Position numbers and translations under genes: made by a program
Shown: piece by piece, positions 9,452 to 21,126 of the stretch
Layout: the number at the start of each line of letters is the position of its first letter
How positions within the stretch are numbered: the first letter of the stretch is position 1
The notes under the pieces: generated by a model
What the model was told of the DNA's origin: nothing
The model's input: only the letters and a program-made list of their open reading frames with translations
Databases searched by the model: none
Origin: an uncultured Verrucomicrobiae bacterium
GTDB taxonomy: Bacteria; Verrucomicrobiota; Verrucomicrobiia; Limisphaerales; Palsa-1400
Direction of reading: 5' to 3'
DNA length: 64,000 nt
Assembly: GCA_963707025.1 (NCBI GenBank)
Contig: CAVPOM010000007.1
Span: 384,001 to 448,000, forward strand

Positions 9452-11694
9452 CTACGCCGGATAATCCAGCGCCTCGCGCGTCATCACTTTGGTCAGCGCT
9501 TCGGCGGCGCGGTCTTTGGCCAGCCGGCAGCCGGTGAGGCAGCCGTCCAGTTTGGCGCGGAGGCGGACGAACGTCTTCCAGGCCGGCAAATCTCACGCAC
9601 GGGCCGGCTTTGAGCGGATGCGCTTCGCCGGCTTTCGGACACGTCGGAATAGGCGCGGGCCGAGCCGTCAATGCCGGGAATGATGCCTTCGAGCGTTTCC
9701 AGTTCCTCGGCGCAGTAGCAGGCGTGGCAACTCGCTTCGTCCCAGGCCGGATGGCGGTTGTAGCCGTGAACGATTTCGGCGCAGATGCGGCCCGACTTCG
9801 CCCGCGGCCCGCGCCGCTTGCACATGGCAAAGGTCGGTGAAGAACGCCACCGTGCCGGCCAGTCCGTCGGCGAGCGCGGGATTTTCCGCGCCCTTGGTTT
9901 CCAGTTCGATCACGTCAAGGATGAATTGCCGCGCGGCCAGCAACCAGCAAAGCGCGTCGGCCAGCGGGAAGGTCACGCCCTGGCGCGATCTTGTGGTAAA
10001 GCTTGGCGCCGTCGGCATCGGTGGCGGTTTGAACATGGTTGAGCGTCCAAAGCCAGAGTTGCATGGCGGTGGCCAGCGTGCAGGCGCCGGTGCCGGGGCG
10101 GTCGGAGGCAATGCGCCTCATTTCGGCAATCCAATGCTGGAATTGCGCGAGGAACAGCTCGTTGGTCATGGTGATGGAAAGCTGCAATCGCTGCACCGCC
10201 TCCGGGCCTTCGTAGGTGGCTTCCAGTTGCGCGTCCATCCATTTCTGGCCGAGGAAACCGGGGCAATCCTCCGTGATGCCGTAGCCGCCCATGAGGCTGA
10301 CGGCTTCGCGCATCATGTTCGCGCCGTGGCCGGTGTTCCAAAGCTTGCACGCGGGGCACAGGACATTGGCCAGCGAATCGAGCATGGACGAATTGCACGA
10401 GCGGGTCGGCCTGCAATTCCTCTTCGCGCTTCTGATCGCGCTCGCCACCGGCTGGAGGTGATTTGCAACAGTTCCAGGGCTTCCTGCTGCTTCTTCGGCA
10501 ATTCCTTGAACGCGGCGCGGCCGGTCAATTTTTTCTCCGGCGAGCCATCGGTCCTTTTGCTTTTCCAGCGGATCCAGTTCGTCGAACAGCCGCGCGGCGG
10601 CAAAGCCCAGCGACGCGCTGGCCTCGCCGGTGGCCCAGATGTCCACCAGCCGGTGCAGCGCGTCCTCCTTTTGCTGGATGCCCAGTTCGTAACGCGGCGT
10701 GCCGGGCGCGCCTTCGCCGCCGCGAAACCGGCGGCGCTGATAAAGAATCACCGGCTCAACGGCGGAAAGCAGTTTGGCCGCGGTCATCAAGCCGACGGTC
10801 ACGCGCGTGCGGCGGAAGACCGCCTCGATGATTTCGCTGTGCGAATAGTTCGGGATGATGACGCCGTCCTTGATCGTGTAGCCGCCGACGATGCGGCTGG
10901 CGGGCACTTTCAGGTTGAAGACCGGATCGTTGGTCGAGGAAAGCTGGTGAACGAGTTTCTTTGTCGGCGTGCCGCGGTCCCATATGCCCGGATCGCCTTC
11001 CTCCAAAATCACCATGCAACTGCCCTTGAGCCTGGGGTCGTCGGAATCCACGGCGGCGGTGACGACGTTGGCAAAACCCATGTTGGTGATGAAGCGGCCG
11101 CGTTTGTCCACTTGCAGCAGCGGTTCCCGTCCGTCCTTCCATTCGGCGATGCGCACTTTGCCGGCCAACATGCCGGTCTCGACGCCGACAAACGGAATCG
11201 GTTCGGTCAGCGCAAACGCGGCGCGAACCTGTTTGCGGCTTTCTCCGGGCTTGAGCGGAGCGGCGTCGGCGACGTATTTGGCGCGTTGCTCCGGCGTGCC
11301 GCGCTCGTGAATCGGGGCCAGGCCGAGATTGCCCGCCAGACTGCCCGTGGCCGCGCCCGCGTCCACCCAGGCCAATTCAAAGGCGATCAGCGCCAGCGCC
11401 AGATTCTTTGGCCCGGCGATGAACCCGCCCTGTTCCGGATCCAGGAAGGCGGCGGTGATGCCGCTCTCGTCGAAGTGCGGGCAGCAGACTGGCTTTGGCC
11501 GGCGTCCACTCGTGCGAATTGCGGCCGCCGTTGGCGACGAGCCGGGCGACCGGCCCGCGCGCCACGCCGCGCGCGCCTTGCACAAGCATGTGCAGTTCGT
11601 AGCGGTCGGCAAAGCGCCACATGATCTGGCGCAGGTCGTCGGAGGGCAGCGTGGTCAGCCCCGGTGACAGTTTTTCTTCAGCTATGGCACTCAT
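9452..11694 (-). CDS. Large acyl-CoA dehydrogenase (multiple frameshifts)
   Basis: AAFALTEP, GRFITN, CKLWNTG, EAVSLMGGYG and ATYEGPEAVQR motifs spread over several frames; start MSAIAEEK, end EALDYPA*. Confidence 0.82.
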
Positions 11695-11929
11695 ATTCTT
11701 TATCAGAGGTTTTCGCCCGGCAAGTTCTTCCATCGGCCTCCGGGCGGATAGGTTCGGCGAGCCAGCCGTGAGAATCAATCTTATTTCGCCGCGCGCCCCT
11801 CATTTTGCTTCCTGGAACGTTCCGGCAAAGCTCTGGCTTGACCCGCCTCGGGCCAGGGGCCATTTTTGACGGCATGAAACGTGCGACTGATTGCGGACGG
11901 CGGATTGGGTAATCCTCAGCCACCACCCC

Positions 11930-12727
11930 ATGATCCATCCCACCGCCATCGTCCACCCCAGGGCCCAATTGGATGCCAGCGTGGAGGTCGGCCCGTACGC
12001 GGTGATTGACGGGGATGTCGCCATTGGCCCGGAGTGCCGCCTCGGGCCCTACGTGTATCTCACCGGCCACACCACCATTGGCAGGGGGAACCGCTTTTAC
12101 GCCGGGTGCGTCATCGGCGAGGCGCCCCAGGACGTAAAGTACAAGGACCAGCCGGCCCGGCTGGAAATCGGCGCCCATAATCTTTTCCGGGAAGGATTCA
12201 CGGCGCACCGTTCCGCCAAAGAAGGGGAAGCCACCGTCATCGGCTCGCACAATTTTCTCATGGTCAACTCGCATGTGGCCCACAACGTGCGCCTGGGCGA
12301 CCACGTCATCCTGGCCAACGGCGCGCTTCTGGCGGGACATGTCGAGGTGGCCGACCGCGCCTTTATTTCCGGCAATTGCATGGTGCATCAGTTCACGCGC
12401 GTCGGCACGCTGGCCCTGATGCAAGGCGGGGCCAGCATCAGCAAGGACCTGCCGCCCTTTACCATCGCGCACGGGGTCAACCGGCTGGGCGGCTTGAACA
12501 TCATCGGGCTGCGCCGGGCCGGCTTCACCGCTGCGGAGCGCCTGGAGCTGAAAAAACTTTATCATCAACTGTTGCGCCGGCGCGGCAATTTCTCCGACGC
12601 CCTGGCCGACGCCCGGAAGAATTTCTCCAGCGCGCCCGCCCGGACGCTGCTCGATTTTGCCGCTTCCTCCCAACGGGGGCTTTGCCTGGATTTGGGCGGG
12701 CGGGAAAGCGAGGCGGAGATTGACTAA
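11930..12727 (+). CDS. lpxA: Acyl-ACP--UDP-N-acetylglucosamine O-acyltransferase
   Basis: MIHPTAIVHP hexapeptide repeats, GEAPQDVKY, SHVAHN, GLNIIGLRRAGF. Confidence 0.93.
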   Translation: MIHPTAIVHPRAQLDASVEVGPYAVIDGDVAIGPECRLGPYVYLTGHTTIGRGNRFYAGCVIGEAPQDVKYKDQPARLEIGAHNLFREGFTAHRSAKEGEATVIGSHNFLMVNSHVAHNVRLGDHVILANGALLAGHVEVADRAFISGNCMVHQFTRVGTLALMQGGASISKDLPPFTIAHGVNRLGGLNIIGLRRAGFTAAERLELKKLYHQLLRRRGNFSDALADARKNFSSAPARTLLDFAASSQRGLCLDLGGRESEAEID

Positions 12728-12787
12728 CGCCGCCCGCCCGGTGCAATTTCTACCGCACAAACAATAACCTTTAAAACTAACGACGTT

Positions 12788-13861
12788 ATGGCCCCAAAAA
12801 CGGAAAAACCCGCCGACAAAACCGCCGACAAAGCTGCCGAATCCAAGATTTCCGCCGGCCGGCAGCGCGATCTGGACGCGGCCATTTCCACCATCACCAA
12901 GACTTACGGCGACGGCAGCATCATGCGCCTGGGCGATGCCCGGGCCAAGGTGGGCATCGGCTTCATTCCCACCGGCGCGCTCTCGGTGGACCTGGCGCTG
13001 GGGGTGGGCGGAGTGCCGCGCGGGCGGGTGGTGGAGATTTTCGGGCCGGAATCGTCGGGCAAAACCACCCTCATGCTCCACGTCATCGCCAATGCCCAGA
13101 AGGCCGGCGGCCTGGCGGCGTTCATTGACGCCGAGCACGCCCTGGACCCGGCCTACGCCAAAAAACTCGGCGTCAACCTGGACGAACTGCTCGTGTCCCA
13201 GCCCGACAGCGGGGAGGAAGCCCTGAGCATTTGCGAAACCCTGGCCCGCTCCAACGCGCTCGATGTCATTGTGATTGACTCGGTGGCCGCCCTGGTGCCC
13301 AAGGCGGAACTGGAAGGGGAAATGGGCATGGCGACGATGGGCATGCAGGCGCGCCTCATGAGCCAGGCCCTGCGCAAGCTGACCGCCGTGCTGGCCAAAT
13401 CCAAGACGACCTGCGTCTTCACCAACCAATTGCGCGAGAAAGTCGGCATCATGTTCGGCAATCCGGAAACCACGCCCGGCGGCAAGGCCCTGAAATTCTA
13501 CGCGAGCATTCGCATTGACATCCGCCGGCGCGACACCCTCAAGGACGCCGCCGGCGTGGCCATCGGCAACGCCGTCAAGGTGAAGGTTGTCAAGAACAAG
13601 GTAGCGCCGCCCTTTGCCGAGGCCGAGTTTGAGATCATCTACAATCACGGCATCAACAAGGAAGGCAGCATCATAGACGTGGGGCTGACTCACGGCGTGG
13701 TCGAGAAAAAGGGCGCCTGGCTGCAGTTCAACGGCGAGCTGATCGGCCAGGGCAAGGACGCCGCCCGCCAGGCTTTGGTGGACAAGCCCGAACTGGCCCA
13801 GAAAATAGTGGACGCCGTGATGGCCAAGCGCAACGCCCCGCCGCCGGCGGCGGCGGAGTGA
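12788..13861 (+). CDS. recA: Recombinase RecA
   Basis: [47 protein letters not shown]. Confidence 0.99.
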   Translation: MAPKTEKPADKTADKAAESKISAGRQRDLDAAISTITKTYGDGSIMRLGDARAKVGIGFIPTGALSVDLALGVGGVPRGRVVEIFGPESSGKTTLMLHVIANAQKAGGLAAFIDAEHALDPAYAKKLGVNLDELLVSQPDSGEEALSICETLARSNALDVIVIDSVAALVPKAELEGEMGMATMGMQARLMSQALRKLTAVLAKSKTTCVFTNQLREKVGIMFGNPETTPGGKALKFYASIRIDIRRRDTLKDAAGVAIGNAVKVKVVKNKVAPPFAEAEFEIIYNHGINKEGSIIDVGLTHGVVEKKGAWLQFNGELIGQGKDAARQALVDKPELAQKIVDAVMAKRNAPPPAAAE

Positions 13862-13873
13862 CGGTTTGCGAGG

Positions 13874-14185
13874 ATGGACACATTGCTTCGCATTCTTCCG
13901 TTCGCAGCAGCAGAGTCCTTGCTGATTTGGGGCATCTGGCGACTTCGGTTGGTTGCTTTTATTGGTTCGTTCCTCGCCCTCCTGCTGGCCATCCTTTATG
14001 CGGTCGAGAGTGAAGGCTCGTCAGAAGTGTTCGGCCTCATCGGAATTTGTGTCATCGTGTTTGGCCTCACCTGTACTTTTCTCGCTGAGAGAGTCGGCAA
14101 AGCAGCATTCATTTCTCGGACTGGCTTGCTCGCGATTGGAGCCTTATTGCTTTTTCTCGGCACTTCCAGCTTGTTTATTTTGTAG
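13874..14185 (+). CDS. Small integral membrane hypothetical protein
   Basis: 103 aa with about 4 hydrophobic segments; GAGG RBS; lower GC than flanks. Confidence 0.6.
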   Translation: MDTLLRILPFAAAESLLIWGIWRLRLVAFIGSFLALLLAILYAVESEGSSEVFGLIGICVIVFGLTCTFLAERVGKAAFISRTGLLAIGALLLFLGTSSLFIL

Positions 14186-14190
14186 GCAGG

Positions 14191-14613
14191 TCAGTCTTCG
14201 CAATACTCCTCGGTCATCTGTTCTCCGCCGTGGGCGGGGTTGCCCACCAATTTTTGGCCGCGCGAGTCCACTACGAAATCAAGCACCTCCAAGGGCACCT
14301 GTCCGATAAGATTGGGCACCTCCTCCGGCACTTCCACCACATCGAAGTTCTCGTGCCGCCCCATCAGTTCAAGCCGAACCGGCTCGTATTTGTAGCGGAT
14401 GACGTTGCCGTTGGACGTGCGTGAGAGCAATCTATCGGTCCGTTCCAAGCCCAGCTTCCTGATGACCGTGGGCTTGAGATAAAGCCTGGTTGCGCCCGTG
14501 TCCACCAGCGCCTCGACTTCAACTTCGCGGGGCTTGGCCTTGCGGGCGCCGGCTGTTTTGAGAAAAGTGTCCTTCAGATTGGTGAGTTTGATCTTGACGA
14601 TGACTTTGCCCAT
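14191..14613 (-). CDS. Clan AA (retropepsin-like) aspartic protease
   Basis: ALVDTGATRL catalytic motif and LIGQVPLEVLD. Confidence 0.85.
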   Translation of the reverse strand: MGKVIVKIKLTNLKDTFLKTAGARKAKPREVEVEALVDTGATRLYLKPTVIRKLGLERTDRLLSRTSNGNVIRYKYEPVRLELMGRHENFDVVEVPEEVPNLIGQVPLEVLDFVVDSRGQKLVGNPAHGGEQMTEEYCED

Positions 14614-14702
14614 GTCCAAAACCTCGCAGATATTTAGCCAGGGGTCAATGCTGCAATGGCGTTCTGCTTGCGCGGAAGGCCCCGGCAGCACATGTTGATC
14701 TC

Positions 14703-14906
14703 ATGCTGCTGGATGAACAGCCCGGTTCGGAACAAATGAATGTCCTTCGCACCCTGTCCGGCCAGGAACGGTGGCGGGTGGCGGAGCGCCTTTATTGGTC
14801 GGCGCGCAAAATGAAGGCTGCCGGACTTCGCGCCCAACATCCCGGCTGGCCGGAGACGCGGGTTGAGGCCGAGGTCCGGCGCATTTTCTCAAGTGGCCGA
14901 AGTTGA
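14703..14906 (+). CDS. Small putative antitoxin-like protein
   Basis: 67 aa, LRTLSGQERW...AGLRAQHPGW pattern recalled from small partners of nucleotidyltransferase genes. Confidence 0.55.
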   Translation: MLLDEQPGSEQMNVLRTLSGQERWRVAERLYWSARKMKAAGLRAQHPGWPETRVEAEVRRIFSSGRS

Positions 14907-14955
14907 TCTCATCCTGTTGTTCGTGCGCCCGCTCCAGCAACCGGGCTTCGGTTAA
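14893..14955 (+). pseudogene. 20-codon stub of a probable nucleotidyltransferase-family partner gene
   Basis: GTG start overlapping the previous gene, VAEVDLILLFVRPLQQPGFG*; assignment by recalled similarity only. Confidence 0.35.
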
Positions 14956-14987
14956 GCGGTCTCCATTCAAGGTGCCGGAAGAATTTC

Positions 14988-15057
14988 AACGCAAAGGCGC
15001 AAAGGCGCAAAGAAGAGACAAAATCTTGGCGTCTTTGCGTCTTTGCGCCTTTGCGTT
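14988..15057. repeat. (CGCAAAGG)n inverted-repeat hairpin
   Basis: aacgcaaaggcgcaaaggcgcaaag ... ctttgcgtctttgcgcctttgcgtt. Confidence 0.8.
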
Positions 15058-15111
15058 TAATTCTTCATTTTGCATTTTGCACTGCCCCCGATCTCCGTCT
15101 GCGTCTTTGCG

Positions 15112-18100
15112 TTAATCCTCCGCGAAGAGGTATTCCAAGTCGGCGGGGGTGAGGTTGGTGGCGAAGCCCCGCTCGCCCAGCACGTCGGCGATGGTCTGGG
15201 CCTTGCGCTGCTGCAGTTCCCAGATTTTTTCCTCCACCGTGCCGGGGGCGATGAGGCGGAAGGCGTTGACGGTGCGAAGCTGGCCGATGCGGTGGGAACG
15301 GTCAATGGCCTGGGCCTCGACCGCCGGGTTCCACCAGGGATCGTAGAGCACCACGTTGCTGGCGGTGGTCAGGTTCAGGCCCGTCCCGGCGGCGCGCAGG
15401 CTGAGGAGAAACAGACAGGCGGCGGAATCGTTCTGAAAGGCCTCGGTGACTTGCTGGCGGTCCTTGGTTTCGCCGGTCAGGATATGGGTGCGGATTTGCC
15501 GGGCGGCGCAATCGGATTCCAGGATGCGCAGCATCCGCACGAATTGGCTGAAGACCAGGACCTTCTGGTTGCCGGCCAGCAACGGCTCCAGCAATTCAAA
15601 GAGGGTCTCGGTTTTGCCGGAGGGGGAATCATTGTTGACAAGCTGGGGATGGCAGCAAATCTGGCGCAGCCGAGTGAGGGCGGCCAAAACGTGGATGGTG
15701 CTCCGGTTCAACCCGCGCTCGGCCACGGTGCTCATGACCTGCTCCCGGCTGCGGCGCAGTTCGGCCAGGTAGAGTTTGCGCTGGGCCTCGCCCAGTTCGC
15801 AGTCGCGGCGCTGCTCGATGCGGTCGGGCAGGTCGTCGGCCACTTCCACCTTGAGGCGGCGGAGCAGGAGCGGGCGCAGTTTGGAGGAGAGGCGGCGGCG
15901 GGCGATGCGCTGTTCGTCGGCGGCATTTTCGCCGCGCGGCTCGTATTTTTCCCGGAACTTTTGCTGGCTGCCCAGATAGGCGGGCTGGACAAAATCCACG
16001 ATGCTCCACAGATCCAGCAGGCGGTTTTCCAGCGGCGTGCCGGTCAGGGCCAGGCGCTGGCCGGCGCGCAATTGTTTGACGGACTGGGTGATTTGGGCGT
16101 CGGGGTTCTTGATAAACTGGGCCTCGTCCAAAATGACGGCGCGGAAGGCGAATTTTTGCAGGGCCTCCAGATCGCGGCGGAGCAGGGCGTAATTGGTCAC
16201 GATCAAATCGAAGGCGGGAATTTGCTTGCGCAGGTTGTGGCGGGCCGCGCCGCTTTCCAGCACCAGCACTTTGAGGGCGGGGGTGAAGCGGTTGGCTTCG
16301 CGCCGCCAGTTGTGCAGGACGGACGCCGGGCAGATGACCAGGGCGGGCTTTTGCTGCCCGGTGCTGGCGCGCATCCAGGCCAGCCAGACCAGGGTTTGCA
16401 GGGTTTTGCCCAGGCCCATGTCGTCGGCCAGAATTCCGCCCAACTGGTGGCGGGTCAGATGACAGAGGAAATCGAAGCCCGCCCGCTGGTAGGGACGCAA
16501 TTCCGCAAAAATGCCCTCCGGCAGCGGCGTGGCGGGAATGCCGCGAAATTCGGCCAGGCTTTGCCGCAGCATTTTGGCCTGGGGCGTGTCGCCGAAGGTT
16601 TGCAGGCCGGCTTCGTCCAAATGCGCGGCTTGCGCCAGGCTCAGACGCTGGGGAACGGGGATCAGCCCCTCCACGCCCAGGCCGGCCATCGCTTCGTGGG
16701 CGGATTGAACCGCCGCGGCGTCCAGCTCCAGCCAGCCGGCGTCGGGCAGTTTGATGAAGCGGCCGGTGGCGGATTGGAGGCGCTGCAAATCGGCGGGGGT
16801 CAGTTTAATCCCCTCGGCTTCCCATTCCGCGGAAACGGCAAACCAATCAATGCCGCTGCCTTTGACCAGGAGGCGGGGGCGCAAAGGGCGGGAGGCGAGG
16901 AAGAGCCGGTGAAAGGCGGCGTTGCCCAGGTATTCGGCCTCGGCCGGCCGGTCCGGCCAGGCGGCGGCCAGGGAGGCAAGGAAGTTCTCATTGGCATCGC
17001 CGTGCCAGAGGCCGGGCTCGGGAGTGAACCAGTCCAGGCGGCGCAACCACTGCACGGCGCTGTCCAGCCGGGGGTCGTCCAGGATGGTGGGCCGGGGGTC
17101 GGGCGGGGAGGGCGGGTCGTCCGCGCGCCATTCGCTGTTGTTCCAATGCCAGAGGCGCTGGTCGGTCTCGCTTTTGGCCAGGAGCCGGACGCGCACGACA
17201 TCTTCGGCCAATTCGAAGGTAAAGCGCGGGAGGGCTTTTTGCACCTCGCACAATTGTTCCCAGGCCGGGCCGTTGGCCGACTGGGTTTTGCGCAGTTGGG
17301 TGAGGAGGCGGCGGCTGAGTTTGTGAACGGGCAGGGCCTGTTGTTGGGCCCAGGCATTGAGCAGGTCGTCCGGCGGGGCGCTGCGCAGCAAATAAAAAGT
17401 GTTTTCCACCAGCGCCAGGCAAGGCCGCCCGGCAAAGAATTTGACCTCGCCCAAGGAATGAAACCGGCCGGAAGGGAGGGCCAAATGATGCGTGAAAAAA
17501 AGATGGCCTTTCACATCTTCCAGGCGCGGCTTTAACTCGGCCAAAGCGCCGTGAAAGACGGCGGGCTGGCCGGCCGGGCCGAGGAGGAGCCGGGGTTTGT
17601 CGCCCCATTGCACCAGCCATTGCAGCAATTCCAGGCCGGTCAAGACCATGGAGTGCCAGAGGCCCTCGGGGTCGGCATGGCTTTCCGCCAGCCACTGGAT
17701 GAATTCCCAATCGGCGAAGGAAAACAGTTCCTGTTCGTGGGTGGCGCGGTTGGTCAGGTCCACCACTTCGCCCAGGGTTTTCACCTTTTCCCCCGTGCGC
17801 TGGCGGAAGATGTGAAAGGAGACGGTCAAGCCATGCAGGGCGGAGTCTTCCGCCACCGGGCTGGCCTGGCAGGCCACGCGCATGGCGGCGCGCGGGGAAT
17901 CCAGATGGGTGGGCGCGCTGGGAAAGAGCCAGTGTTCCAGGCGCTGCACCAGGCGCTGCTCTTTTTCCGTTTGCTCGATTTCAGCAAAACGGGCGGGGTT
18001 GGCGTGCGTGAGCAACTCGGTGGGGAGCGGACGGCTGGCGCGGAGGAAGAGGATGGCGGTTTCTTCCAGCCGCTTTTTGCCCCGGGCGGAGAGCACGCGC

Positions 18101-18418
18101 GGCCACCAATCGTGGCTGGCGAAATCTTTGCGCGACAGGGAAAGCTTTTCAAAGTAATCCTCCAGCAGCAGCCAGGCGCGCTGCGGGTCGTTGCACTCGG
18201 CGAAGATGTTGAGGATTTCGGTGCGCTCGGCGATGGCCGCCTTGGAGTCGGACAATTCGCGGCGCAGCCCGGCCTGGGCGCCGTAGGTTTTGGCCAGCAC
18301 CGTGTGATGGGCGTCGTACTGGTCGTGTTGCCCGATCCGCCGCCGGCCAACCTTTTTCGCGAATTCTTGAACATGCTGTGCGGCCCGTTAAGGCTGCGTT
18401 TAAACACGCGTCGTTCAT
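15112..18418 (-). CDS. SNF2-family helicase/ATPase
   Basis: LADDMGLGKT, DEAQ, TGTPLEN, SLRAAGTGLNL, QAIDRSHRIGQ; frame open back to ~18385, likely start ATG ~18418 via a frameshift (start uncertain). Confidence 0.92.
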
Positions 18419-18726
18419 CTCGACACAACTTGGCGCTTTCGTCAATGGAAAACCGGTGGTTTTTGGCCCCGCCGCCCTTCGCACCGGGCATTAAGGGCGA
18501 TTACGTGAAAAGGACGGCCATGGTTTTGGGCCGCGCATGGCACGAATTCCCGCGAATCCCGAACCAAAAAATCCTTCTGTGAAACCAGATGCAAACGCCG
18601 GTTGGTGCGGCGACGCGGCTGAGAATTACGGCGGGTTGGCGCCGGCCGTTTTCACAGGGGCGGGCGGCGGGCCTTTGATGCAGCGGCAGGCGAATTTGAA
18701 AAAGGCGGGCCAGGATGAAGCTGTTT

Positions 18727-19110
18727 TCATTGCACGAGCCGGATCGTCAGCGGATAACGGTAGCACCCGCCATCCGAGGCTTTTATCGTCGCCACAATGG
18801 CAAAAATAAACAGGCCAAGCACCAGGATTGCGTGCAAGACAATGCCGATGAAAATAAAGTACAGAGGGAGGCAGCAAAGCCCATAGAGCAGGAAAGAAAG
18901 GTGAAAATTCAACGCCTCCCTGGCATTGGCCGCCACATATTCCGACTCATCCTTCATCGCCAGATAGACCACCAACGGCACCAGGATGAAACCGATGACC
19001 AGAAAAACGGAGAGATGGCTGAACATGCTCCAGATTTTGTCGTTGCCCCTGGCGGCAGAGCCGGGTTGGGATTGGGGTGGAAGGCTGATGGGTGGAGGCG
19101 GCGTTTCCAT
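18727..19110 (-). CDS. DUF4870-family membrane protein
   Basis: WSMFSHLS, PLVVYL, NAREALNFHLS, YRYPLTIRLV. Confidence 0.85.
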   Translation of the reverse strand: METPPPPISLPPQSQPGSAARGNDKIWSMFSHLSVFLVIGFILVPLVVYLAMKDESEYVAANAREALNFHLSFLLYGLCCLPLYFIFIGIVLHAILVLGLFIFAIVATIKASDGGCYRYPLTIRLVQ

Positions 19111-19123
19111 ATCTTCGGCCGGG

Positions 19124-19849
19124 TCATTTCAGGACGGCGTTCGGGCCGTTTTTGAAGTTGTCGGATATTTGGGCGGCGCTCAGGGCGGCGTTGTAAATTC
19201 GGAATTCGTCAATGGAACCGTTCAGCCCGGGGTCGGTGTTGAAGAGGGAATGGCCCAGGTAGAAGCGGTTGGTGGCGACGCTTCCCAGGGAGGTGAGGTT
19301 GTTGGTGAAGACAGCCAGGCTGCCGTTGGTGTAAATTCCCATAAAGCCGGAGGGGGGATCCAGAACGCAGGCGACGTGCAGATTGGTCTGGTTGTCCAGA
19401 TTGCCGCGCACGCGGATGACACGCTCGGTTGGATTGGGGTCCATCACGGTGAGGCGAAAATCCCCGGCTCCGCTGTGGGGTGAGAAATAGAGATCAAGCC
19501 GGCCGTTGTTGACGGGGGTTTCGGTGCCCTGATCGAAGACGCGGCACCAACCGCGGTTGGCGCCCAGGCTGGCCCAGAATTCAAAGGTCACCGCCTTGTC
19601 GCCGGCGATCAGGCCGCCCGGCAGGTTGACGTAAGTTCCACGAGTTCCGTCGAGGTGGACCTGGCCGTCGCTGATGGTGGCTGCGCCTTGCAGGGTGCCG
19701 TCGGCGTGGCCCACCGAATCCCTGGCGTCGCCATTGAAACTGTAGCGATGTTGCAGCGCCGCGCCCGGCGAGGCCGGCGGCTGGGCGATCACCGCCGCCG
19801 GAAGAGCAGCCACGCAAAAACCGGCAAGGAAGCGAGTCAAACGATTCAT
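19124..19849 (-). CDS. Exported LamG/concanavalin-like domain protein
   Basis: Signal peptide; HRYSFNGDARDSVG ... GSIDEFRIYNAALS. Confidence 0.85.
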   Translation of the reverse strand: MNRLTRFLAGFCVAALPAAVIAQPPASPGAALQHRYSFNGDARDSVGHADGTLQGAATISDGQVHLDGTRGTYVNLPGGLIAGDKAVTFEFWASLGANRGWCRVFDQGTETPVNNGRLDLYFSPHSGAGDFRLTVMDPNPTERVIRVRGNLDNQTNLHVACVLDPPSGFMGIYTNGSLAVFTNNLTSLGSVATNRFYLGHSLFNTDPGLNGSIDEFRIYNAALSAAQISDNFKNGPNAVLK

Positions 19850-19940
19850 ATCAGATAAAGGTGGTTGACATCGGGCCGAGGATGAAACGGCGGAGCGGAA
19901 AAGTCAATCACACGCCGAAAGCAATGCGTCCGTCACGGTT

Positions 19941-19978
19941 GGTAGGGCGGGTCCCGAATTATCGGGACCCGCCCTGCC
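19941..19978. repeat. GGTAG-type REP-like palindrome
   Basis: ggtagggcgggtcccga attа tcgggacccgccctgcc. Confidence 0.7.
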
Positions 19979-20061
19979 TTTCACGCCCACCCATGACTGA
20001 GGCGTCACATTCTTTGAAAATCTGCTAAAGAATGTCCGCCTTGCCTTTTGGCGGGCATGCG

Positions 20062-21126
20062 TCAGGCAAAAGGATCGGATTTGCGGGCACGGATGCGCAG
20101 GCCGAATTTTTCCTTGGCGGCGGCGAAGGAGAGGATTCCATTCTTGACAGTCGGGCCGGTGAAGGGATCGTTGCGGACGAGGAGATTGCCGTCCAGATCA
20201 AGGTAATCGGCCAGTTCAGCCAGGTGCATCCCGGCGCTGGTGCTGATGCTGGTTTCCACCATGCAGCCGATCATGGTTTTCAGCCCGGCCCGGCGCGCCG
20301 CCTTCAACGCTTCCGCCGCCTGGAGGAGGCCGCCGGTTTTGATGAGCTTGACATTGACGCCGTGGTAGCATTCGGCGCATCGGGCGGCGTCGCCGGCATG
20401 ATGATAGGATTCGTCGCCAAAAACCGGCAGGGGGGAGCGTTGCTTCAACCAGGCCAAATCCCGGGGCGGCGTGGCGGCGGGCATGGGCTGTTCGATGTAT
20501 TCGATATGGGGGTCCTGGGCCAGCCATTCGATTTTCCGCAAGGCCTCCTCCTTGGCGGGCCAGGCCTCGTTGGCGTCCACCCGGACGGTTTTGAGCGGGG
20601 CGGCTTCGCGCAGGGCGGCCAGATTCTTGCGGTCGCTGGCCGCGCCCACCTTGAGTTTAAGAACGGGAAAGGAGTCCGCTTCCAAAACTTTGTCGCGGAT
20701 TTTTGTCGGCGTATCCAGGCCGATGCTGAGGGAGGTCAGGTGTTTGCCTTCGGTAAAGCCGAGGTTGAGAAAATCATAAACCGCCTGGCCGGCCAGGCGG
20801 GCCGCGCCGTCGGCCAGGGCGACGTTGACCGCGCCTTTGGCCGAGTAATGGCCCGGCGCCAGCTTTTCCAAATAGTCCATGCTGGCCGGCAGGTTGGCGA
20901 AGGAAAGCTGCTCCGCCTGAACGCGCCCCAGAAAAGCGGCGATGGAGGCCACCGTCTCCTGGTAGCGCGCGGTGGCGGGCGCCTCGCCCCAGCCGCGGGC
21001 CGCGCCCTCGGTCAACCGCACCAGCACCACCGCCGTCCGGCTTTGATCGTGGCCGGACTGGGGGCCGCTGGAGATGGCCCATCGGTGTTTCAGGCGCAAA
21101 TCGAACGGGAGAAAATCCAGTTTCAT
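20062..21126 (-). CDS. Dipeptide (L-Ala-D/L-Glu) epimerase, enolase superfamily
   Basis: KLKVG, RVDANEAW, IEQP, GDES, NVKLIKTGG, GCMVET, DLDG. Confidence 0.9.
   Translation of the reverse strand: MKLDFLPFDLRLKHRWAISSGPQSGHDQSRTAVVLVRLTEGAARGWGEAPATARYQETVASIAAFLGRVQAEQLSFANLPASMDYLEKLAPGHYSAKGAVNVALADGAARLAGQAVYDFLNLGFTEGKHLTSLSIGLDTPTKIRDKVLEADSFPVLKLKVGAASDRKNLAALREAAPLKTVRVDANEAWPAKEEALRKIEWLAQDPHIEYIEQPMPAATPPRDLAWLKQRSPLPVFGDESYHHAGDAARCAECYHGVNVKLIKTGGLLQAAEALKAARRAGLKTMIGCMVETSISTSAGMHLAELADYLDLDGNLLVRNDPFTGPTVKNGILSFAAAKEKFGLRIRARKSDPFA

Noticed and set aside
12728..12787. LexA box upstream of recA
   Set aside because: No CTGT-N8-ACAG, GAAC-N4-GTTC or TGTTC-N4-GAACA match seen.
14191..14215. 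Protease C-terminus EEYCED* resembling the SNF2 end EYLFAED* as another gene-end duplication
   Set aside because: Nucleotide similarity too short and weak.
18430..18720. Possible structured RNA upstream of SNF2 (CTGTGAAA/TTTCACAG)
   Set aside because: Only an 8-bp IR in GC-rich DNA; no recognisable riboswitch motif.
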